The position numbers and the translations under genes were made by a program. 32,000 bases of DNA from Vibrio cholerae ATCC 14035 (GTDB lineage Bacteria > Pseudomonadota > Gammaproteobacteria > Enterobacterales > Vibrionaceae), in assembly GCF_000621645.1 (NCBI RefSeq), contig NZ_JHXR01000002.1:120001-152000 (forward strand), read 5' to 3'. This document shows, piece after piece, positions 9,033-17,707 of the stretch (positions are counted from its first letter, which is position 1; every line of letters starts with the position of its first letter). Under the pieces are notes generated by a model, which saw only the letters and a program-made list of their open reading frames with translations, did no database searches and was not told the DNA's origin.

Positions 9033-9767
9033 GTGAATCTGAACAGATATGTCATTGCGGGAGGGCTTTCCCTAGCTTTTCACGCGCTATTGCTTATCAC
9101 GACAGATGAAGCACAGGTGTTTGCCATGCCTGCTGGAAACCCAACTCAATCGGTTTCGATCAATATGGTTTCGATGCCTAAAGTCGCACCCGCTCAACCA
9201 GAGCAAACCCAAACAGAACAATCAAAACTGGAATCGGTCAAGCCGACACCAGTACAAGAAGTCGTAAAAACTCCGCCTGCTAAGCCGAAGGTGGAGCCGC
9301 ACAAACCTAAACCTCAAACCGTGAAAAAACCCGTACCGGCTGAGCAAGTCCCATCCAAATCGGTAGCGAAGCCGCAACCGGAGAAGGTAGAGCGTACCGC
9401 TGAAATGGCACAAAAGCCTGCGCCAACGCCTAACCAGCAACCGAGCCAGCCCACGGCGGCTAGCCAAGGCATCACAAGTCAACCTATTTTGGTGGATAAG
9501 CCCGCTTTAGTGAGCGCACAAGTTCAACCACGTTATCCACGTATTGCTCGTAAGCGCGGGATCGAAGGCACTGTGATGTATGAAATTTGGTTGGATGCGC
9601 AAGGTAATCAAATCAAGCAGCAATTGCTCTCTTCATCCGGCACAGAAGCCCTAGATCAATCGGCGCTCGAAGCCATTAAACAGTGGAAATTTTCTCCACA
9701 TATTCTTGACGGTGTGCCCGTAGCTCACCGAATTCATATCCCTATTCGTTTTAAATTGGAAGGCTAA
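9033..9767 (+). CDS. tonB1: TonB1 energy transducer
   Basis: GTG start at 9033 behind a GGGAGAAGGA RBS gives 244 aa. It has an N-terminal anchor, a Pro/Lys-rich spacer and a TonB C-terminal domain (YPRIARKRGIEGTV). Confidence 0.9.
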   Translation: MNLNRYVIAGGLSLAFHALLLITTDEAQVFAMPAGNPTQSVSINMVSMPKVAPAQPEQTQTEQSKLESVKPTPVQEVVKTPPAKPKVEPHKPKPQTVKKPVPAEQVPSKSVAKPQPEKVERTAEMAQKPAPTPNQQPSQPTAASQGITSQPILVDKPALVSAQVQPRYPRIARKRGIEGTVMYEIWLDAQGNQIKQQLLSSSGTEALDQSALEAIKQWKFSPHILDGVPVAHRIHIPIRFKLEG

Positions 9768-10453
9768 TGGAATCGTTACAACAACTCCAACACCAGCTAG
9801 GCCTGATGGCTTGGCCACTTTTCATTTGCTCAGCATTAACGGTAATGCTGCTCGCGGAGCGCCTATTTCAAGTGCTGCTCAGTTTAACCGTAGGCAAAGG
9901 AGCGATTCGTCACGCTTTGCAAGCTACCTCCCCAAAAAACCCAAAGCAACTGGCTGAACTTACAGAGCATTTCGCGAGTAAGCGTCCGGTGCTGTATCGC
10001 GGAGTGGCGATGCTTTTGGCCCATCACCAATTTGATAAATCACTGCGCGAAGATGCGGCGGGCATTTGGCTACAGGAGCAACGTCACCAGTTTAACTCGG
10101 GATTGCGTCTCTTGACTTTGATTGGCGTGATCAGCCCTTTACTCGGTCTATTAGGTACCGTACTTGGCCTGATTGAAATGTTTAAAGGGGTGGCCGCCAC
10201 GACCGGAAGTATTACCCCCAATGTGTTAGCCGATGGTTTAGGGGTTGCAATGTACACCACGGCAGCCGGTCTACTGATTGCCGTTCCGGCAGTTGCGGGG
10301 GCCCAATTGCTCAACCTGTGGGCGGATCGCACTATGGCTAAACTGGAACATACACTGAACTACGTGAACCTGTGGCTAGAAGGCATGACACTGCACGCCG
10401 ATGCTTCACTGACAGTCGTGACACCGCAAGAGGCCACAACGGAAAACCTATGA
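9767..10453 (+). CDS. exbB1: ExbB1 (MotA/TolQ/ExbB proton channel)
   Basis: 228 aa. The ATG overlaps the tonB1 stop (TAATG). Contains the conserved GLLGTVLGLIEMF segment. Confidence 0.9.
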   Translation: MESLQQLQHQLGLMAWPLFICSALTVMLLAERLFQVLLSLTVGKGAIRHALQATSPKNPKQLAELTEHFASKRPVLYRGVAMLLAHHQFDKSLREDAAGIWLQEQRHQFNSGLRLLTLIGVISPLLGLLGTVLGLIEMFKGVAATTGSITPNVLADGLGVAMYTTAAGLLIAVPAVAGAQLLNLWADRTMAKLEHTLNYVNLWLEGMTLHADASLTVVTPQEATTENL

Positions 10454-10866
10454 TCAAGTCCTCAGCCAAACACAACGACTTCGGCCTGACTCCGGATCTC
10501 ACCCCGCTACTTGATATCATCTTTATCGTGATGGTGTTCTTGCTGCTGACCGCGTCAGTACGCTTGGAATCGTTGGAAGTGGCTCTGCCCACGACCGATT
10601 CACCCGTAGTGAATGAAGTGAATAAAGAATCTATCACCGTCAATATCTTAGCCACCGAACCTTATTGGGCAATTGATGGTAAGCCCTACCTCGACTGGCA
10701 TAACTTCTCGTTGGCGCTTTTAGAGTCTGTACAAGTGGATAAGCGCCCGGTAGTCATCGCCGCCGATCAAGGGGCTGAAGTTCAACAATTAGTCAAACTG
10801 TTGAGCTTTTTACAAGAAAACGGCATTCAAGCCACCCAGTTATTAACTGAACCTTCTCACTCTTAA
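10450..10866 (+). CDS. exbD1: ExbD1
   Basis: The ATG at 10450 overlaps the exbB1 stop (ATGA). 138 aa beginning MIKSSAKHNDFGLTPDLTPLLDIIFIVMVFLL, typical of ExbD/TolR. Confidence 0.9.
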   Translation: MIKSSAKHNDFGLTPDLTPLLDIIFIVMVFLLLTASVRLESLEVALPTTDSPVVNEVNKESITVNILATEPYWAIDGKPYLDWHNFSLALLESVQVDKRPVVIAADQGAEVQQLVKLLSFLQENGIQATQLLTEPSHS

Positions 10867-10876
10867 TGGAAACAAG

Positions 10877-11710
10877 ATGAAAATCACTCAATCATTGGCT
10901 TTATTACTGGCCTGCTGCACCTCAGGCATCAGTTTCGCTCAAGAACGGATCGTCAGTGCAGGAAGTGCAGTGACTGAACTGATTCTGGCACTGGGTGCTG
11001 AGCAGCAATTGGTGGCGGTCGATGTCACAAGCGAAGTGCCGAGTTCTCTCAATTTACCTACCGTCGGCTATCACCGCCGCTTGGCCGCTGAAGGCTTATT
11101 AACTCTTGAGCCAACCCACCTGATTGGTTCAGATGAAATGGGACCCGATACTGCATTACAACAACTGCGCAGTTCCGGTATCCAAGTCAATGTGATCAAC
11201 AGTGATTCGACTCCGCAAGGCTTGTTAACACGTATTGACCAAATTGCCCAAATCACCCACACCGAACAACACGCTCAAAAGCTGAAAGAGAACGTTCAGC
11301 AGCAGATCAATGCGTTGCAAGCTAAGCGTCCGGAAAAACCTAAGAAAGTGCTGTTTTTATTACTGCATGAAGGTCGTGCGGCCAACGTAGCGGGTAGCGA
11401 TACCGTCCCCGATACCATTATTGGTCTAATCGGTGCTCATAATCCTGCCTCTCCTTCCATTACTTCGTATAAACCGCTGTCCATGGAATCCATGATTGAG
11501 ATGCAACCTGATATGGTGCTGGTCAGTGGTCGCAGCCTAGAAAAACTGGGGGGTGCTGATGCTGTGTTGAATGCCGTGCCTATGCTCGCGGCAACACCAG
11601 CAGGACAAAACAAGAATATTGTCGCGATTGATGGCCACGCCTTAGTCGGCGGCTTAGGTCTGAAAAGTCTGCAAGAAGCGCAGCGTATTCAAACTCTGCT
11701 GTACCCCTGA
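10877..11710 (+). CDS. hutB: HutB periplasmic haem-binding protein (ABC substrate-binding, ChuT/HemT family)
   Basis: 277 aa with a signal peptide. Class III periplasmic binding-protein-like sequence, located between exbD1 and hutC. Confidence 0.9.
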   Translation: MKITQSLALLLACCTSGISFAQERIVSAGSAVTELILALGAEQQLVAVDVTSEVPSSLNLPTVGYHRRLAAEGLLTLEPTHLIGSDEMGPDTALQQLRSSGIQVNVINSDSTPQGLLTRIDQIAQITHTEQHAQKLKENVQQQINALQAKRPEKPKKVLFLLLHEGRAANVAGSDTVPDTIIGLIGAHNPASPSITSYKPLSMESMIEMQPDMVLVSGRSLEKLGGADAVLNAVPMLAATPAGQNKNIVAIDGHALVGGLGLKSLQEAQRIQTLLYP

Positions 11711-11721
11711 GGCCACTCCCA

Positions 11722-12753
11722 GTGTTAAGACGATTTCCTTTTGCTGTGACCATCAGTTGCCTGACTCTGGCGGTCTTCTTTGCGGGGCTGTATTCCATCA
11801 CTGTCGGACCGATGAACATCACCATCTCTGACAGTATTCAAAGCCTGCTTTTTCGCTCCGAGCAACTCACGAATGCGATTCATCTCGTTATCCATGATAT
11901 TCGCTTACCACGCACGCTCCTTTGTTTGTTGGTTGGGGCGATTCTCGCGCTATGCGGCACCGCTATGCAGGGGCTATTCCGCAACCCGTTAGCTGAGCCG
12001 GGCATCATTGGCGTCTCCTCGGGCGCCTCTCTTGGTGCGGCACTCGCCATCGTGTTACTCAGTGATGTGGTGTCAAGCCTGCCTTGGGTGAATAGCTTGG
12101 TGCTGCCTATAGCGGCATTTATCGGTGGCGCGCTGACAACCGTATTGGTTTATCGTCTTGGCACCTCTAAATTTGGGACATCGGTGACTATCATGCTACT
12201 GGCTGGGGTAGCCATTTCGGCTCTTGCAGGCGCAGGTATTGGTTATCTTAATTATCTCGCGAGCGATCAAATGCTGCGCGACTTAACCCTATGGTCCATG
12301 GGTTCCGTGGCAGGCGCGACGACCTCCAGTATTTTGCTGTGCAGTGTCACTCTAATCATGCTATTTGCCTATTTCCATTGGCGCTCGATGGCACTTAATG
12401 CCTTATTGCTTGGAGAGGCGGAAGCGCGCCATCTTGGTGTTCCAGTACAAAAACTCAAAAGAGAGATGATTCTGCTTTCGGCAGTAGGCGTCGGGGTTGC
12501 GGTAAGTGCCGCAGGTATGATCGGTTTTGTGGGGCTTGTGGTGCCACATATTGGTCGCATGTTGGTGGGTCCCGATCATCGTAACCTAGTGCCAGTCTCC
12601 ACTCTACTTGGTGCATTGATGCTCACCCTTGCCGATATGGTCGCTCGGGTTGCGGTTGCGCCCGCTGAATTGCCAATTGGCATTGTCACCGCACTGGTCG
12701 GTGCCCCCTTCTTCTTGTATCTCCTATTCCAACAAAAAGGTCGAATATTCTGA
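11722..12753 (+). CDS. hutC: HutC haem ABC permease (FecCD family)
   Basis: 343 aa polytopic FecCD-type permease. GTG start taken from the ORF track, so the exact start is uncertain. Confidence 0.85.
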   Translation: MLRRFPFAVTISCLTLAVFFAGLYSITVGPMNITISDSIQSLLFRSEQLTNAIHLVIHDIRLPRTLLCLLVGAILALCGTAMQGLFRNPLAEPGIIGVSSGASLGAALAIVLLSDVVSSLPWVNSLVLPIAAFIGGALTTVLVYRLGTSKFGTSVTIMLLAGVAISALAGAGIGYLNYLASDQMLRDLTLWSMGSVAGATTSSILLCSVTLIMLFAYFHWRSMALNALLLGEAEARHLGVPVQKLKREMILLSAVGVGVAVSAAGMIGFVGLVVPHIGRMLVGPDHRNLVPVSTLLGALMLTLADMVARVAVAPAELPIGIVTALVGAPFFLYLLFQQKGRIF

Positions 12754-13532
12754 TGCAGACTATTGCAATTCAAGGCAGGGATCTTTGTGTCACCTACGGC
12801 TCTCGCCAAGTGCTCGATCATGTGGATATCACCTTGCGCTGTGGCGAAGTCGCGGCGTTACTCGGTCCTAACGGAGCCGGGAAAAGTACCTTACTGAAGC
12901 TGCTCTGCGGTGAAATGAGCGGAGCAGGCAAACTCGATTATTTTGGTGTTCCAGCATCGCAGTGGCCTGCCGAAAAACTGGCTAACCATTTGGGCATTTT
13001 GCCCCAGCAGAGCTCATTGACTTTTCCTTTTACCGCGCAAGAAGTGGTTGAACTTGGGGCTATTCCACTCAATCTACCGCGCAAAGAAGTAGAGCGTGTC
13101 GCCCGTCATTACATGCTCAAAACCGATGTGTTACACCTCGCAGCCAGTCTTTACCCTTCTCTTTCTGGAGGTGAAAAGCAGCGCTTACATCTCGCGCGAG
13201 TACTCACTCAACTGCACCAAGCTGGTCAACAGCGTATTTTGATGCTGGATGAGCCAACATCAGCACTCGATCTCGCTCATCAACACAACACGCTGCAACT
13301 CGCGCGTCAGTTAGCCGATGAAGAACAATGTGCCGTCGTCGTTGTGTTGCATGATTTAAACCTTGCCGCGCAGTACTCAGATCGCCTGATCCTGCTTCAT
13401 CAAGGCAAAATTGTATGTGATGCGGCACCTTGGCAGGCGCTGACGGCAGAAAGAATTGAGCAGGTTTACGGCTATCAAGCGCTGGTTGCCGCCCATCCTA
13501 CTCGTGATTTCCCAATGGTTTATCCAGCTTGA
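12753..13532 (+). CDS. hutD: HutD haem ABC ATPase
   Basis: 259 aa with Walker A GPNGAGKST, signature LSGGEKQR and Walker B ILMLDEPTSALD. Its start overlaps the hutC stop. Confidence 0.9.
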   Translation: MQTIAIQGRDLCVTYGSRQVLDHVDITLRCGEVAALLGPNGAGKSTLLKLLCGEMSGAGKLDYFGVPASQWPAEKLANHLGILPQQSSLTFPFTAQEVVELGAIPLNLPRKEVERVARHYMLKTDVLHLAASLYPSLSGGEKQRLHLARVLTQLHQAGQQRILMLDEPTSALDLAHQHNTLQLARQLADEEQCAVVVVLHDLNLAAQYSDRLILLHQGKIVCDAAPWQALTAERIEQVYGYQALVAAHPTRDFPMVYPA

Positions 13533-13593
13533 GGAGTCTCTCAAGTCGGTTTCATCACCTTTAGGGCTTGTCTATCCCCTATTCCCATAGACC

Positions 13594-13637
13594 AAAAGCT
13601 CTGTACCTAACCGTTGCGCTTAGGTGCGGAGCTTTTT
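13594..13637. terminator. Bidirectional terminator between hutD and the TetR gene
   Basis: 17-bp stem AAAAGCTCTGTACCTAA / TTAGGTGCGGAGCTTTT (two G-U positions), with A and T runs on both sides. Confidence 0.6.
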
Positions 13638-13665
13638 ACTGATGAAGTAGGCAGAAGGTGAAGAA

Positions 13666-14127
13666 TCAATTCACCATGCTGACTAACGAGTGCCCCAGCA
13701 ACCATTCCACTTCTTTTTGGCTCTCTTGTCCGAATTTCTCTTCCGTCAATTTATAGAGGCGATTAACCCCTTTATGAGCAAAATCATGTGCACGCTCCGC
13801 TGTCACAATGTGGTGAAACAGCAGGCGCAAAATGGCCACAAATTCAGATTTCTCCATGGCTTTTAGCCAACTGTCACGAAATGCCTCCATGTCGTGTTCA
13901 AAATCGAGGTATTCCATAAACATTTTAAATATGCGTCCGTCTAACGCAGAGGCGAAATCGGTTTTCTTCGGGAAATGGTGGCTGATCCCAGTTCGGGATA
14001 CCCCAGTTTGCTGGCTGAGAGTGGTGTAAGACATTTTGTCATAACCCAGTCGAAGCAACTGGTCGACAACCGCATCCATAATGGTCTGAATCGTCACTTC
14101 AGTATCTTCTTTACTACGCTTAGGCAT
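13666..14127 (-). CDS. TetR-family transcriptional regulator
   Basis: N-terminal TetR HTH (SYTTLSQQTGVSRTGISHHFPKK). I prefer the ATG at 14127 (MPKRSKED, 153 aa) over the TTG at 14151 in the track. Confidence 0.8.
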   Translation of the reverse strand: MPKRSKEDTEVTIQTIMDAVVDQLLRLGYDKMSYTTLSQQTGVSRTGISHHFPKKTDFASALDGRIFKMFMEYLDFEHDMEAFRDSWLKAMEKSEFVAILRLLFHHIVTAERAHDFAHKGVNRLYKLTEEKFGQESQKEVEWLLGHSLVSMVN

Positions 14128-14181
14128 GGTCAGGCTCTTTTCTAACGTCAAATCTTTGTCTGCTTAACAAGTCAGCAGCAC

Positions 14182-14202
14182 GATAATTATCATTAAAATG
14201 AT
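14182..14202. promoter_or_regulatory. Overlapping palindromes GATAATTATC and ATCATTAAAATGAT (TetR operator and/or Fur-like box)
   Basis: A perfect 10-bp palindrome overlaps a 6-2-6 palindrome, 55 to 75 bp upstream of the TetR start. The 19-mer at 14182 matches the Fur consensus at 13/19 by hand count. Confidence 0.3.
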
Positions 14203-14649
14203 CAGGGGCAAACACTACGATGGAGTGAACTCACTACTACGGTTTGACTCACCTATTCAATACTAGACAGCCAAACGGTGAGTTCTTACATTTGCATAAA
14301 CCTTTGTTACTTTTTTGAACAAGGTCACTTGTATAAACCGCTGTTGGCTAGGTAACCGCAATAAATCATATTTTGGTAAGCAAATAATCCAACAATCTAT
14401 TGAGTGTGACAATGAACTGGTCGAAATTCTGACAATTTTCCGACACTTGGAACGCCAAATTACCGGAGAAGATCACAGAAGTCCCTACTCTCTCCCACCA
14501 GATGATCGCGCTTTGTACTTTTATTTCCCTGTATTTCCTTCTTCATTTTATATCCTAAGTAGCAGACCATTTTTGTGGCATAAGCCTAAAGAGAGGACTA
14601 AAATGGCCCCATTATGAGTAAGTAAATTAAGTCGTAAGAGGATTAGGAT

Positions 14650-14952
14650 ATGAGTAACCAAACTTGTGTAGAAAATGAAGTATGTGAAGCGTGTGGCTGC
14701 GCTGGCGAAATCGGTTTTATTATTCGCGAAGGTGATGATGTCGCAGAAGTTTCTCTGTTTGGTTCGGATAAAGCGCATTTAGAAGGCAAGCTGGCGGAAT
14801 ACATTAGCTTAGCCAAGCAAGTTTGTGCGAATGTTGAGTATGAAGTGGCTCCCGTTGCAGATAACGCGACAGAACTGCACGCTCGTTTTAAATTTGAAGT
14901 GAGTGCTGAAAAACTGATTTTCGAACTGAAAACACGGGCGCTTGCACGCTAA
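14650..14952 (+). CDS. DUF406 (YfcZ/YiiS-like) small Cys-rich protein
   Basis: 100 aa. N-terminal cluster CVENEVCEACGC, and a C-terminus (FEVSAEKLIFELKTRAL) resembling E. coli YfcZ as I recall it. AAGAGGA RBS and a strong terminator downstream. Confidence 0.75.
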   Translation: MSNQTCVENEVCEACGCAGEIGFIIREGDDVAEVSLFGSDKAHLEGKLAEYISLAKQVCANVEYEVAPVADNATELHARFKFEVSAEKLIFELKTRALAR

Positions 14953-14971
14953 TCGTCACCTCATCACATCG

Positions 14972-14997
14972 AGCGGGCTCAAGCCCGCTTTTCTTTT
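14972..14997 (+). terminator. Rho-independent terminator
   Basis: Hairpin AGCGGGC-tcaa-GCCCGCT followed by TTTTCTTTTC. Confidence 0.7.
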
Positions 14998-15023
14998 CTC
15001 ACTCCCTCGTCGACGCCAATCCA

Positions 15024-15069
15024 ATATCCCCAACGACTTGACGCTGCAGCTTCAAGTAGGAAGGGGATA
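15024..15069. repeat. Truncated ERIC-like repeat remnant
   Basis: CTGCAGCTTCAAGTAGGAAGGGG (15044..15066) is nearly identical to 22009..22031 at the end of the full ERIC copy. ATCCCCA lies upstream, as in the ERIC core. Confidence 0.5.
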
Positions 15070-15154
15070 AATAGGAAAAGCCATAAAGCCTAGTCCACTG
15101 CCGCCGATACCCTTTATACTGACAAAACTCGCCACACAGGATAAACGCTTCGCC

Positions 15155-15754
15155 ATGATGCTTCGTGTTATTGCCCTTTCATTGTCGCTTATCGCGGGTT
15201 GCACACATGCGATGGCTTTGGATCTCTACATGGTACTCAACCATCTCGACAATTACGGTAACCTTGATCTGCGCGGCAAGCCCTACACTTCCTTGCCGGA
15301 AAACTTCACGATCAAAGGGAATTTGAATATCGCTAAAACTGCGATCAAATCGCTACCGAAAGGCACCATCATAGAGGGCAGCTTGGATGCCTCAAACAGC
15401 TCGCTGGAAAAAGTACCACGAGGCACAAGCATCAAAGGCTACGCCAACTTACTCGGAACCAAAATTCAATCGTGGCCATCCGGTGTAAAAGTGGGCGGTT
15501 ATCTCAACTTTACTGACACGCCATTAACCACCCTACCAGCACGAATGACGGTAAAAGGGGATCTCAGTGTGATCCGCACACCGCTCACTGACTTACCAGA
15601 AGGCATAGTGATTGAAGGACATCTCTTCATTGGCGGCTCACAAATCACTCGCTTCCCAGACACCATGACGGTTAAGGGCAATATTTACTTAGGGGGTAAC
15701 CAAATCAGTAAATGGCCAAGCAAACTCACACTCGGCGGCGCTGTCGCTCGCTAA
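15155..15754 (+). CDS. Small lipoprotein made of eight tandem 20-residue LRR-like repeats
   Basis: 199 aa. Signal peptide with an IAGC lipobox. Pro at residues 48+20n and Gly at 55+20n for n=0..7, with no indels. Confidence 0.75.
   Translation: MMLRVIALSLSLIAGCTHAMALDLYMVLNHLDNYGNLDLRGKPYTSLPENFTIKGNLNIAKTAIKSLPKGTIIEGSLDASNSSLEKVPRGTSIKGYANLLGTKIQSWPSGVKVGGYLNFTDTPLTTLPARMTVKGDLSVIRTPLTDLPEGIVIEGHLFIGGSQITRFPDTMTVKGNIYLGGNQISKWPSKLTLGGAVAR
15260..15739 (+). repeat. 8 x 60-nt (20-aa) divergent tandem coding repeats
   Basis: Repeat units end ...IKG/IEG/IKG/VGG/VKG/IEG/VKG/LGG. Consensus is x-L-x-l-x-x-T-x-I-x-x-(L/W/F)-P-x-G-x-x-(I/V)-x-G. Confidence 0.8.
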
Positions 15755-15764
15755 AATAGAAAAA

Positions 15765-15797
15765 GCAAAAGAGGAGCCGATTGAGCTCCTCTTTTGC
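15765..15797. terminator. Bidirectional rho-independent terminator
   Basis: 13-bp perfect stem GCAAAAGAGGAGC / GCTCCTCTTTTGC between convergent genes. Confidence 0.75.
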
Positions 15798-15814
15798 TTA
15801 AGCGGGGGAATTCA

Positions 15815-16933
15815 TTAGATGTGATTACGTACGGGATTGGCGTAAGCATCCAACAAATAGCGATGAGCTGGCTCAGGCAACTGTGCCAATTTTGCCTGTA
15901 ACACTGCGCGCACTTCTGGCGTAATGTCTTTATCGTCTTGGCCAGCCGCTAAGCGATTGATTGGGAACAGCACATAGTTCTGGTGGATCTGTCGGTCAAT
16001 CTCTTGCGCCAGAGCTTCTGGTGTCTCAAATGGCTGGGTAATGACATCACCAAACGCGACATGCACACGGCCTTTATCACCCACAATGCCTTGGATGATG
16101 CTTTCGATATCTTCAAATTCACCTTTTTCATAACTGCCTTGTGTCGCTTTCTCATACAGCTCGCGCGCTTTTGCGATGTCACAAGGATCGTTTTCATAGG
16201 AAATCGAAACCGGAACCAGATTGAGTGAACGAACATAATCGGCAAATTCCATTTTTTGACGACGTCCTTCAACGTGGAACATTTTTAAGATAGCCGGATC
16301 GGTTTGGTCATTACCATCTTTGGCACGCCCCTCTTTTTGAGCGATCCAAATGGAGTGGCCTGTCTCCAGCGAATGCTTGATGTAAGCCGACAGCGTACCG
16401 AGAGCTTTCATCATTTCTCTTGGACCTTTTGCCGAGCGTTTCACAATAAAGCTTTTGTTCAAACGCATCAGCTCGGTCGCACAAGGCTTTTTCAAGAGAT
16501 TATCGCCGATCGCAATCCGTACGGTACGATGACCTGCCATATGCAGTCCGTAGTTGACTAAGGCTGGATCCATCGCGATATCACGGTGGTTACAAATAAA
16601 TAAGTAGGCCTGTTCTTTATCCAACTTATCCAAGCCACTGTAGCTCACCCCTTTCGTGGTCTGCTCTAAAGTTTGGTCTAGGTATTTTTTTACCTCAAGT
16701 TGGATCGCTTCGACGCTGTCCAACTTCGCCCATTTACGCTTTAGGTAAAACTTAACCAGCGGAGCCATCAAAACACGCAACCAAGCAGAATGGTGTTTGA
16801 AGCGATGTTTCAAAATCGCTGAAATAAACTCTTGGTCGTTGATGAGACGAGAGAGCGCCGCGGGGATCTCGTCATCATTGTAAGGACGAATATCAATATA
16901 AGGATCAGTTGTTGAAGTCATAGGTTTGTACAT
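15815..16933 (-). CDS. Acyltransferase of the PlsC/LPLAT superfamily
   Basis: 372 aa. Block-I-like motif FICNHRDIAMDPALV, followed by acyltransferase-like blocks (IAIGDNLL, FIVKRS, IWIAQKEGRAKDG). Confidence 0.7.
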   Translation of the reverse strand: MYKPMTSTTDPYIDIRPYNDDEIPAALSRLINDQEFISAILKHRFKHHSAWLRVLMAPLVKFYLKRKWAKLDSVEAIQLEVKKYLDQTLEQTTKGVSYSGLDKLDKEQAYLFICNHRDIAMDPALVNYGLHMAGHRTVRIAIGDNLLKKPCATELMRLNKSFIVKRSAKGPREMMKALGTLSAYIKHSLETGHSIWIAQKEGRAKDGNDQTDPAILKMFHVEGRRQKMEFADYVRSLNLVPVSISYENDPCDIAKARELYEKATQGSYEKGEFEDIESIIQGIVGDKGRVHVAFGDVITQPFETPEALAQEIDRQIHQNYVLFPINRLAAGQDDKDITPEVRAVLQAKLAQLPEPAHRYLLDAYANPVRNHI

Positions 16934-17098
16934 CAGATAAAAAACGGGCCTATTCTACGCATAGTTAGCCCTGCTATCAGCAAGGATGTCTAAGGTCAGA
17001 CCAGAATTATGTATCCCTTTATTTACCCCAATCACGGGAATTGGCTTTTTCTGCGATAAGCGTTAATCTTAGCGCCCTTAAAATTCCCGAGGCATCTT

Positions 17099-17707
17099 AT
17101 GAACTACGCTATTCAGTCTGAAACGCGCCACTATCCTTACCTTGAGGTATCGGCTCGGAAACGTGCGCTAAAACACAGCCTGATCCGCGTTGAGCAAGGT
17201 TTGTTACTCTTTCGACTCGGAAAGCATGAGTATGCCGTGGAAAAAGGTCAAACGCTTTGGATTCCTTTCGACTGCTTGTGTGGCCTCACATTTTTTCCGG
17301 ACACACACATCACACGGGTCGACTTTTCACTGCGTTTAAACGTGCGCTTACCGCACAATGCAGGATTCATCAAAAGTTCTGAGCTTGCGCTGGCCGTATT
17401 GCACCGATTACAAAACTGTGAACGCCACCACCCGGCGTTTACTCATCTCACCCAATTACTGATGCTTGAGCTGACCACTTGTGACCCAAAACTGAAGATG
17501 TCACCACTCACCCAAGCCATCACGGAATGGCAACCGCAAGCGCATCCGAGTGTCAGCAAAGAACAGCATGTGGTGCTGCTGGTGCGTGAAGCGCTCAAAC
17601 GCTCCCAATCCGGCGCTCAGACACACAGCATTATCGAGGAACTGTTTTCCGGCAATGCCGAACATTATCACCAGCTTTGTACGTTAGTTTTAGGACGAAC
17701 ACTATAA
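17099..17707 (+). CDS. Hypothetical protein; cupin-like N-terminus and AraC-like single-HTH C-terminus
   Basis: 202 aa with a GAGG RBS. GKHEYAVEKGQTLWIPFDC resembles AraC-type ligand domains, and the C-terminal 45 aa resemble one AraC HTH. The assignment is weak. Confidence 0.5.
   Translation: MNYAIQSETRHYPYLEVSARKRALKHSLIRVEQGLLLFRLGKHEYAVEKGQTLWIPFDCLCGLTFFPDTHITRVDFSLRLNVRLPHNAGFIKSSELALAVLHRLQNCERHHPAFTHLTQLLMLELTTCDPKLKMSPLTQAITEWQPQAHPSVSKEQHVVLLVREALKRSQSGAQTHSIIEELFSGNAEHYHQLCTLVLGRTL

Noticed and set aside
14315-14617. 100-aa ORF inside the long TetR/DUF406 spacer, and the antisense 76-aa ORF at 14548..14778
   Set aside because: It uses a non-ATG start, has no RBS and has a low-complexity, implausible sequence (FYFPVFPSSFYILSS). 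The antisense ORF overlaps the well-supported DUF406 gene. Both are most likely non-coding.
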